Assembly (NCBI RefSeq): GCF_009914755.1
Contig: NC_060926.1
Source: the human T2T-CHM13v2.0 reference genome, Homo sapiens
Length of the DNA stretch: 64,000 nt
Strand: one strand, 5' to 3'
Shown: positions 53,143-64,000 of the stretch, piece after piece
Position numbering within the stretch: position 1 is the first letter of the stretch
How the letters are laid out: each line of letters begins with the position of its first letter
Notes under the pieces: model-generated
What the model saw: only the letters and a program-made list of their open reading frames with translations
Databases searched by the model: none
What the model was told of the DNA's origin: nothing
Translations under genes and position numbers: made by a program

Positions 53143-56100
53143 ACACTGCTATTCTGTTACCATTTTATTAATACCTGTGTGAATACCTTATTCACACATT
53201 TGTGAGCTGCACTAGAATCTACATGGGGTTTTATTCACCATTTCATCCCTAGGACCCAGTATAATGTCCAGTGCACAGTTGACATTTAACAAACATTGAT
53301 TAAGTGAATTAAATCTGATTATCACAGAGTAATTTCTATGATTTTTCAAGAATATGACCAATTATTTATTAAGTGTTATACCAATAGTAGGTTTTCTTTT
53401 CTGAATTTTTCAGCCTTCCTCTGTCTTAAATGTCCCAAACTGGAAAATTAAACTGTTTCTCAGCATCATTGTTTTGTTTCTCCCTTCTCTGATTTCCATC
53501 TTCCTTCCCCAGCCTAGCTAGGAATGTTACCAGTGGATCCATGGGCCAGAAAGTGGGCAGCACATTTGCAATTCCTCCTCTATTATATTGCATGGTATTA
53601 TTACAACCTTGACTCCACCATCAGAACTTTCCCCCTACCTCTAGTGAAGGTGTCAACATTTCTGGAAGAGGAAACACAGTCCAAAAGAGTTTCGAGATTT
53701 TAGGATCCTATGAATGCCAGGAACACATTGTGTAAAAATATGTCTGTTTTCACTTTTAAAGTGAAATAGCTTCAGATCATCCAGTTCAACATTCACTAAT
53801 GGCTATGAAAGCTACAAATTACTTTTAGAATGGCCTTATAGCTTTAAAGAGCTTTTCTCAAAATTCTACTGACATCCTTTCAGTTAAAACCATTAAGTCA
53901 GCGGATGCAGCATGTATTTACATGACAGAGCGCAATCAAACTGAGGATGTATAAAATAGATCAGCAGGTACTAGTGTCTTAATGCAAACCATATTTTATG
54001 AGGTGGAAAGTCAATGAACATAGAAGAGATTGTTGGCAACAGTGTAACAACAGTGAGATTCTGCTCTCTTAACCCTGGGGACAGAAAAAAAAGCTAGCAT
54101 GGAAACCAAAATACAACTTTACCTTGGGCCATAAAGACAAAGCAAGCAATAGAAAAGATTCATTCTTGATGATCAATTACATTTGCCCCATGTAGGTTCA
54201 TTGTGGTAAAAAGGATGATTTTTACCAAAAGACACACTTTGAGCAAATGTGCTCATTTCCATCATGTTTACAAGGTCTTAAGTCATGATATATGCTAACG
54301 TATGTATCCCACAGCTTCATTATAAAATCATTAAGCTGATTCCCTCACCAAAATATATTTTTTTCTCTTTAAATTTTGAGGGAGAAGACAGGTGGTTAAA
54401 GACTAATACATTTTAAAAGAACTGATGGTATCTAGCCAGCTCCCCCCTTGTCACACAACTCTTTGAATGATTAGGGGTACTGACTGCCAAATGTGTTTAA
54501 AAACTCATTTGAAATGAAGAAAAGACTCAGAAATAAACAAAAAGGGGAGGGAAGAAGAGGACATTTTATTTTTACATTTTTTCTTGCTTTATTTTTAAGA
54601 TGAGAAGTAAAACTGTTCTTTTATTAAATAAATGACAAAAGTTGTATTCATGCAGGCTTAAAACACATTTCAACTCCAAAGTCTGAAGGAATTTTATTGT
54701 TAACTACTGATCCACAGACTTGAAGTTAGCAGGATTATTATTTTGTGATTTTAACATTTGTAATACTACAGACCTGCAGTCTTGGAGATTAAGATTTTTA
54801 CCTAGATGTCTGCAAAAGCTATAGCTGCATAAATGAAGTATGTACAATAGCACTGAGGTATCAAGAAAGCAATGCTTTTATATATTTAAGTATATAAATT
54901 ACATGCATCACATATATGTCTGTGACAAAATGCACAATATAAATGCACCTTTGCATTGGCATAACTATGAAATATTTTTTTAAAAAACAGCAACACTATA
55001 GGTGTGTCCTACAAAGCATAAAATTGGTTTGAAAATAAGTTATAAAATATTTTAAAATGGACAGATTCCTGAGTTTTCCAACAAGGCAGAAAGTACTATA
55101 GGACACACTTGAGTGTCTACCATTGCTCTAAGTGTAGAGAGACAAATGCCCACGGGTTAGGGTCAAAATGCTATTAGTGCCACAATGTGCAGGACCAAAA
55201 TCTGTCATAGCTGATTTGGACTGTGGCATCTCTTAAGAAAAAAATGAAGAACATGCTCTGCAATTACCATTCGCCTGGGCATGTACATAGAGAGAGCTGA
55301 CAAATGATAAAGGAAATTGGAAAGGTTGAGAGGATGAAGTCAATAATAGATTTATCTCCAGACATTTAGCACTTGAAGTGCATCTGTTATACAATATGTA
55401 GACATATTTTACAGCAAATTTGGAGATACTGTGAGCCCACTGGGCAGGGACAATATCTAATTTTATATTCTATGTAATTCTGAGCATAACTTTGGTGCTT
55501 AATCAGTTAGAGGAGGAGGTACCCCCTGTGCTTACAAAAGGGGAAATGCATGAAAAGGACATAGGAACGTAACCCCGGGTTCTGTGTGCAGCAGCAGTGT
55601 GGAGGAACAGTGCAAAAAAGAGCAAAGCCAAATATGAAATAAGATAACTATATTTCATGTACAACATGAGGAGACTGCACTTGGAAAGTTCTTTCGACCT
55701 TTAAAAGTCAAAATTTCTATTTTTTTCCCTCAAACTCAAGAAAAGTTATTTGCAACTTTTTGTTCTAAAGGAGTACGAAAGTTCTGTAATAAATTGAAAA
55801 ACAATAATATGAATAGATCTCATTAGATAGCATTTTAGGGAACAATTTCTTGCCAGCCTAAACATTATTTTCCCCAAAATAATTTATCTTATTCTTCAAA
55901 AAGTTTCTTATACTTCTCGAAGACTGTAAAGACTGCTAATCATAGGTATCATAATGTATTAGCTTTTATAATACTAGTATTAAGATAACATAGCCTCATT
56001 TACAATATGCATGCAAAAATATTATGCCTGTTTGTTTATTTATAAAAATGTGATATGTATGCATAATTGAGAAATTTCTATTTTACCATTTGTGGGTTTT

Positions 56101-59100
56101 TTTCCTCCACCTATCTGTTTTCTTTCTTCAACCACACATGTACAAAGAAACACATATCCTAAGGCTTTAATTTTGCTTAATTTTGTGTAAATTTATCTGG
56201 TATACTTAAAAATCACAGGAAAAGACTAAAAAAGAAACAATAAGGCTCTAAAATATTCTTGCATCATAGCTTATTTCCCTAGGAATGGAAAAATAAATGC
56301 TTTACCCCTATTGTTACTTGTTCTTATTGTACGTGACGCTAAAGCAATCGGTCAATTCAGCTAAAAAATGCTTACCCAAAGGAGTTACTTATGCTCCTCT
56401 AACTAAAACAGGCAGTTGGCTGACTTTTGCCCTACCATCTCCACACATACTTAATTTTGTAGTCACTGTGTGAATTTCTAAAATGTCTGTTTTAGTTGTC
56501 AATTAAAATGAATTATTTCCTTCAGTTGTTGGAGAAAGTTTTTTGATCAGTATGAACAAGACTTGGTACTCAGTCTCACTTGTAGGAGGGTTTTATGCTT
56601 TTACTGTGGAGCCAATTGCTTAGTGTTAGGTGGTGTGATATCATTATTTTCCCCAAACCACAGGATTCTGTTCCGTCTTTCGAGTTTACAGGTCTACATC
56701 GTTTTAAAAGGCATTTCACATTCGAATGATCTGTCTTAGGTAGCAAATAACCCCAAGATGTAGTGTGGATAAACATAGCTTACTATCTTTTTGCTTGCCA
56801 CACTGCCACGTATAAAATGACAATCTTACCAAAATTTAATGCATACATTTAAAAGATTTACCGAGCTTGTTTTACTTATATTTTAATGTATTTTACAGTT
56901 ATATCGAATCATTTGCTTCCTTACACTTCCTTCTCTGAAAAGTCAAATATATGAACATCATTTATTGCATTAGCAGCAATGAAAAAGCTTGAGAATAATT
57001 TAATATTTAATCTTTACATTCACTTTGAAAAAAACCCTAAGTTTTTCTGGTTTTAATATCTAAAGCAGGTATCATGATATATAACTTAGTTAAAATAGGT
57101 AGCCTCTTATAAGAATTTTTTTTTTTAAAGGAAAACCAGATCCTGGCATTATCTCAGCAAAGCTTAATCTAACATCCAGGAAAGAATACAGAAAACAGGA
57201 AAAGCTGCTGTCTCTCTCTCTCTCTCTTTTTTTTAAAGACATACTGCAGCTTCCCTTTTGGAACTTTTATGCTAATAAAATCCAGGTACATTACTGTACA
57301 GTGTCTTAAAGAGATGGACAACATTGTTTTAATGGAATAGTTTTCTACTGGACTCAAGGGCATTTTCTCCTGCATAAAGAAAGGATTCAAGACAATGGTT
57401 CTACCATACTTTAACTGTATTTTATTTTAGCTTTGAATAGTAATGTGTATTAAAGTAACCTTCACACTCACAACGAGAACTCAAACTACACTCTGATCAA
57501 GTTCTTTCCAATAAAAAAATTAATAATTTCTAAAAATCCCCAGTAAATCATGCTTTTAAAATAGCATGAAAAAGAATAATATCATAGTCAAATGTATACA
57601 AAGAAAATATAACAACCAATGGAATCTCCTTTTACATCTTTTGAAACATATAGATCTCTAATATTGTGTTTAAAAAAATGTACATGGTTTAAGACACTAA
57701 GTACCAAGAACACAGCAGTGAACTAAGGAATATATAACATTAAATTGTGTACTGAATACTAACTATACATTGCAGTTGTATACTACTATTTTAAAACGAA
57801 GGAAAATAGCCAAATATTGCTTTCTAAAAGGAGTAAAAAGAGAACAAAATAAAAGTTCAATAAGCTGAGATTTTAGTGTGTTTGACACAAAATATAAATG
57901 CACAACTGTGATTTGGAGAATGAATAGTCAAAAGATTATTATGTGCTCCTGTATATTCAGAAAACTGTGTCCAGATTCATTTTATGTTATAGGCCCCTAA
58001 AGTCCTGTGTGTGCCTTCTCATGTGAACATAAAGAATTCTGAACTATACACTGTGATGCACCAAGATGAAATGCCTTTGAAATTATTTTATAAACAAAAT
58101 TTCAGACAGAAAAAGAAGCAACATGAATTTTTGTCTTGGAATTGTGCAAGTAGATAAGGAAGAATGAGCCAAAATAGTCACTTCCAGCCTTTTTCATTGA
58201 TCAATTTATGGTTGCAAAATAAAAATCTTTCTTTAGATTTTCAAAATGAAAAAATATGGATATATGTTATATATATTTTTCTGCATGTTTCCAATATTAG
58301 CAATTACAAACTTGTTTTAACCACTGCTTCTTCCAAGGTGGACTGTATGCCTTCCATGAGTAAATATGGATTTACAGGAATTTTCTCTGACCTTTATGAA
58401 ATGCTATGGCAGATTATATTACAGCATTTCATTCTTCTATATACAATGTGAAGGTCACTTACGTTCTGTAATGACTGAAACCTCTATTTTACTAATGTTT
58501 TCCATATCACATTTCCAACTTGGTCTCTAGCTTTATCCTTGTAGTCTGGAAGTCATTGGGCAGACCAATTTATTGCCTAAGGTTAAGTAAAAACAATTTT
58601 AAGAAAAAGTTGTAGATATTCTAAAATATTCTATAGTGGCTTTTTCTATGTTCACAACTTTTTCACTTCTTTTTCCAGAAAATCCTAACCAGCACTTACT
58701 TCTTCCTACCCTGTGTATTTTCTTCACTCATTTTAGTTGCTGCCTTTGATCCCTCTTCCCTCGTTTAGAAACTTTCTTTGATTCTTTAGACTAAGTTAAT
58801 CAAAGAGGACCTCCATGGATGCATGGGGCATGTCCCAAGCCCAGGCATGCTAAGTGATATGGCTTGAGCTTCTCAGCAGATAATGTCCTGTTCTTTCATG
58901 TACACTAGTGACTCATTTGCAAAAAAAAAAAAAACACAGAAAATCAAAATAAGAACTGTTTTTGAATATTACACATGCTAAATATGAAGTCACATAAAAT
59001 AAGTTTATTATTGATGGTGTGAAAAATTATTCTAGCGTGCATTTTTTTCACATGTTCACTGAGAAGACAATGAAATAGAAATCGCTATTATTGCTACCAT

Positions 59101-59547
59101 CATAGATCTTTTCCAAATACAGTAAACTGTTGGTGGTTAGGGATGAAGAAAATCAGGTATCCTTTGGAAAATATAAGATTATGTGTTTAAAAATTATTTT
59201 AAGCTTTTGATTTTAGTGACTTGACAGGAGTGTTTCAAAATTCAGGAAAAAAACTTTCTTTTTTTTTTTTTTGCCACTCTTTTTCTAACCAGAAACCAAC
59301 GATGCCAAAAGCATAAGATCAAACTCTGAGGGAACATGAACCTATAGATAAATCACTCACATACACAAACATGTATGAAATGGTATTCAGTGATATAGAC
59401 GCCACACGATGTACAATTTTCACAGCAAAAGGAGGCTTGTATAAATTTTTAAAGGTACTGTAGACAAAAAATTTGGCCTAGGGTGTCGAAGGCAGTTGCC
59501 ACCAGAGGGCGATTATTGAATGAGAGCTTCATTCTGCACAATTGCTT

Positions 59548-59583
59548 TTGTGTGTGTGTGTTTGTGTGAGTGTATGTGTGTGT
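59548..59583. repeat. Imperfect (TG)n microsatellite
   Basis: Directly visible. Confidence 0.85.
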
Positions 59584-61749
59584 CCAATTAATCAAAAAAT
59601 GTAAAATACTCACAATGGAGCCTTAAGCTTCTTGCAGGAAAACTGCGATTTCTTTTTCCATTTCAAAAAAGAAAGCAAATATTGGTGGTGTGAGTAAAAG
59701 AAAGTAAAAGAAAAATGGAATTTCATAACTTCTAGATGAGCTAGTAGATATTTATATGACAAATTAAATGAAGAAAGTAGTGCCTTAGCACATCCTTTAA
59801 AAGCCAATGTGCTTCCCCCCAAAAGGTATTTATTTACTCTGTTTTACTCCTTTATGTTCCTTGGGAGTCACAGAGCAATTTGATGCCTATTGCCAGAGGT
59901 TTCTGAAGTCATTAATTTTTAAAGGAATTTTTTCTTCTCCTTTCCAAGAGATGTCTTAGTAAGATATTTTGGATTTGATCCTAAACATCCTTTATAATTT
60001 CGTATACACTTTATTTTGGTCTGAACATCAGACCACATAAGGGACAGAGTGATACATTTAAAAACATGAAATGTAACATAATGCAAGCTTTAATACCTGG
60101 AACAGAGTAAACCAGTAGCTTTGAGTTATATTACCCACCATAAACTTTTTTAACCTGTGGCTCATTTTCAAAATAATAAACGTAACTATTCCATAAAAAT
60201 ATCTCAACACAGTAGAGCCAGAAAAGTGAAGGACATGAACAGATGGCACATCAATCTTCTGCATTTATACAATTTGTTTTTTAATGCAAATAGTGTGGGT
60301 TGCCTGCTCATGCCTTGGATATTTGTTCCAAAGATGAGCACATTTTCTTATCTTTCTGGATCAATGTGACATTTGCAGTTATCATAAAGTGGGAGCCCAT
60401 TTAATGATGTTAATGCTTCCTTAATGTAAAAATAAAATCACCTTCTTTATAAAAGCAAACAGATTAAAAGTCCCAAAGAGACCATTGAAATCTGTGACAT
60501 TTGCAGTTACTGGGAACTAGATGGCTTGATTATACACAGGTAAAAAAAAATCTTAAAAGCATTGTTTATGCTCATTAATCAGAACATTAAATATGAATTC
60601 TAGATTCTCCTATGAGCAAGAGAGTAAGAATATATTTGTATAATGAAACCAAGATGCCAAAGTATTTTTTAAAGTTACTGTAGTTAAATGTTAAATTAAC
60701 AAGCATCTCTACATTTTCAAAGAGCTTGAAGATTTTTAGTCTTTGTGGATCCTTAAATAATACTATTTCTAAGATGTACTATTTTGCTAAAATAGAAAAT
60801 GTGATCAAAAATAGCAGAACCGCTTAAAAAGGTGTGGCAGTAATATTTTTTATCATAATTCATATGATTGTACCAATGTGTACCTGTCTCCTTTCCCCAT
60901 ATATTTCAACTCTCATGGAGAAGTGCTATTTATAGAGAAGAAGAGTGCTGTTTCCATGGTTCATTCAGTTCGATTGGTAGATCCCATTTGGCTACTTCAT
61001 GGGGAGCCAACTCTGGGGATTTATTTCTTTTTTGTGTGTATTGTTGTATCTGTTTTCGATGTTTCATACACATGCCCAGAGGCCTTTTGGCAGAAGATAC
61101 ACTTTTCAAAGCCAATTTGAAAAAGCAAATCATTTTCCTTCCTGCTCAGACAGCTGGCTATTGCATACAGCCTTTTCCACTAGAAATGAGTTATGGTCAC
61201 TAACTAATTCCAGAGGGTCCAAAAAGTTGGCATTTGATGAGAGAAAATTTTGATCGCTATCAAGTTGGCATCAACTCCCACAATAGGATAACTTATAAAA
61301 TACAGGGCAAAAGGGTGCTATGTAAGTAACCTAAGCCACTCTGTGTAGCTTCTCCACAGAGCTTGTGTAGATAAAACGAGAAGATAACACCACCTCAGGA
61401 ATGTTCTCTAAAACAGGTGGAGATATGTCTTAGGTATTTGTGACTTTTTATAGATCTCATTTTATGTGGAATTGTAATCCACCCTTCTCTGGTAGGTGGG
61501 GCTATGCTGGCAGATGTTATCTATATACTTGCTATAGGATACGCACACCCAATTTAATAAATAAAGCTGATGAAGTGAGGCAAATTCAAATTTGAGAAAC
61601 AGGACCTTTATTGTAGCAATAAAATATATTTCAGGCTCAGGCCTATGTGCCTAGGGTTAAGATGAAATCATGGCAGCATGAAATATTGAATCATATTTGG
61701 AAAAGAAAATAAACATGCTAGCTGGGACTTCAGTCTCGGGGGAAAGTTT

Positions 61750-62300
61750 TCCATCCATTCACTCATTCGATCATCCATTTACCAACAAATATTTATTTAA
61801 CACACCTATTATGACAGCCAGGCACACTTGATGGTAGGCATGAAGGATGCAGTAATAAATAAAATGGGCACAGTCTCTATCTTTATAGAACTTGTAGTCC
61901 ATTGGGGAAAACATGTTAGACCATATTATTATTATTACAAATAATAATAAAGATAATAAGAGAGGCTATATAGGTGTTATGAAAACACAGAGCATGGGGT
62001 GGTGATTTTGCCTTAAAGCCAGGGAAAAGAAGAAAGAGAAAAGTGTTTCCAGTAGAGGGAACATAAGTATAAGGGCTCAGTGATGAGAGTGTGGATGGTG
62101 TATTGGAGGAACAGGCAGTAGTTCAGGAAAACCCAAATCGGTATCATGGCAAAGAGGATGGAGAGATATTGAGGTTCCCATTGTTAGAGATAAGAGGCTA
62201 TTAAAGGGCTTATGATATGACAATCAGAACAGAAAACTAATGGGATGGAAAACTAATCACCAGGAGTTTCTGGAAGCTTTTGAGATTGTTGCTCTGGTAA
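61750..62300 (-). mobile_element. L2 3' portion
   Basis: (CATT)-like tail, aacaaatatttattt, cagtctctatctttatagaacttgtagtcc and tttccagtagagggaaca. Confidence 0.75.
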
Positions 62301-62524
62301 AGAAAAGTCCAGAAGTGCTTGGCATGTCTACAGAAGAAGTCTAGATGGTAAGTCTTTATTTTCAGTAGCTAAAGAATGTTACATTCATCTTATTTTCCTA
62401 CGGAACTGGTTAAAGTCAGATTCACCATCACATACTCATACATGCATTCCCAGCTCCCATCTAGTGACTCGCAAATGGCTGCTCAATAAAATGTGAAACA
62501 GACTCCAGAGGAAGAATGAGTACT

Positions 62525-62992
62525 TATATTAGTTTCCTGTGATGGCTGTAACAAAGTACCACAAATTCGGTGACTAAAGATAAATGTATTCTTACAGTTC
62601 TAGAGGCCAGACAACTTTCATCAGTATCACTGGGCCACAATTAAGGTGTGGGTAGTGCAGGGCTCACTCCAGAGCCTTTGGAGGATGATTAACTCCTTGC
62701 TTCTTCCACCTTCTGGGGGATGCTGGCATATCACAGCACTCTCTGTTTCTGTCTTCACATCGCCATCTCCTCTATGTGTCTATCTAGTCTCCCTCTGCCT
62801 CTCTCTTATAAAGACACTTGTGATAGCACTTAGGGGCACCCTAATTATCCAGACTCATCTTCCTATCTCAAGGTCCTTAATCATATTTCCAAAGACATTG
62901 CCTTATAAGGTAACATTTAAAGGCTCCAAGGATGAGGACCTGATATCTTTGGCAAGGGGCTAGGGTCAGGGGTGTATTTTCAAGTGACCATA
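62525..62992 (-). mobile_element. MLT1 (MLT1B/C-like) MaLR solo LTR
   Basis: tatattagtttcctgtgatggctgtaacaaagtaccacaaa...ttacagttctagaggccag. 5-bp TSD gtact at 62520-62524 and 62993-62997. Confidence 0.9.
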
Positions 62993-63414
62993 GTACTCAT
63001 TCACAATTCTTAAAATCTTCAGTATTGAGGGAAGAAGAGGAATAGAATTGCATGCAAACATTCTAGGACGTAAGCATTAAACTCTAACATGGAAGGAACC
63101 GTTTAACCTTGGTCTAAATATCATCCTAGTGAGCTGGCAATTCTGTGCTGTAGCGTGCAAGTAGGTGTCAGAAAGGTCCCTAGGAACAAATTATCATCAA
63201 GAAGCTTTGAGTAATTTAGTGTTAAGTGAATTGTAAGGAACTTGAGGGCAAAACCAATGCCATTTTGTAGTTCCCACAGGGATTAAATCCAAAAGAGATA
63301 TCTCCATGGTCTCCAGAAGGTCCTAACATAAAGCAGGTCCTTTCAGAGTTTTATTGAGATGGGTTAAAACTTCCAAAGGAGGATCTTCATTTGAACCATA
63401 CATCCAACACTGGA

Positions 63415-63617
63415 TTTTTTTCCATTTATATAAAATGCATATATATATGTGGATACCTTCCATTTATGTAATAAACATATAGGTATATGCCTTTTTCCAT
63501 TTATATATAAATGTATATATATGTCTATACATTCCATTCATATGTAAATGAAAAATTATGCATCATATATCATATATATGTGTGTGTGTGTATATATATA
63601 TATATACACACACACAC

Positions 63618-63654
<37 letters not shown>

Positions 63655-63658
63655 TATA
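63415..63658. repeat. Degenerate TTCCATTTATA-unit minisatellite followed by a compound TA/TG/CA microsatellite
   Basis: Four ttccatt(t/c)at units spaced about 35-40 bp apart, then (TG)6(TA)8(CA)6(TA)7(CA)11. Confidence 0.9.
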
Positions 63659-63849
63659 ATGCATCAAAAAATACCCTCTATGCACCAGGCACTGCTCTAG
63701 ACCTCTTGGGTGAAGTTTCACGCTAGAAATAACTAAATGAAATAAAATAAGTTCTAGGTATTTTTCAGTCCAGCACTGTATCCTATCCAAATTACATTAG
63801 TAATGTTGGAATCAGTCCTAGCCCAGAACATAGTAGAAGGGAAATTCAA

Positions 63850-64000
63850 AAGTGTCCTAGGCACTTCACATGTGCCACAATCCTCAATTCTCACCAAGAC
63901 TCTGTGAGATAATGTTATTATCACCATTTAAGAAATAATAAATCATGACTCAAAAATTTCAATAAATGCATGAAATCATACAGCTAATTTGGAGTGATCT
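63850..64000 (-). mobile_element. MIR SINE, running off the window end
   Basis: aattctcaccaagactctgtgagataatgttattatcaccattta. Confidence 0.7.

Noticed and set aside
56329-56341. tacgtgacg, overlapping HRE- and CRE-like motifs
   Set aside because: A single short motif with no supporting context.
60868-61253. Cluster of overlapping ORFs (up to 111 aa)
   Set aside because: No recognisable domain or convincing splice structure; consistent with chance.
62646-62963. 105-aa ORF
   Set aside because: It lies wholly within an MLT1 solo LTR.

Overview
AT-rich, CpG-poor primate (human-like) genomic DNA that looks entirely non-coding, either intergenic or deep intronic. It is a mosaic of interspersed repeats: six near-full-length Alus (AluSp, AluSg-like and four AluY) plus a short Alu 3' remnant; old L1M and L1PA fragments; L2, MIR and CR1/L3 fossils; solo LTRs (THE1, MLT1, MLT2, LTR16-like, MER4-group); DNA transposons (MER2, MER5, MER20, Tigger4); and microsatellites. 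I found no protein-coding exon, and the ORF track reflects Alu, L1, CR1, simple-repeat or chance frames. I found no new biological system. The most notable observations are a 42-nt tailless 5S rRNA retropseudogene with a target-site duplication, three AluY copies sharing non-consensus variants (two of them form a close inverted pair), an orphan 23-nt L1 snippet, an Alu-derived GAA repeat, a 120-bp tandem duplication and a 54-bp perfect palindrome. Repeat subfamilies were assigned by eye from remembered consensus motifs, and boundaries of old elements are approximate.
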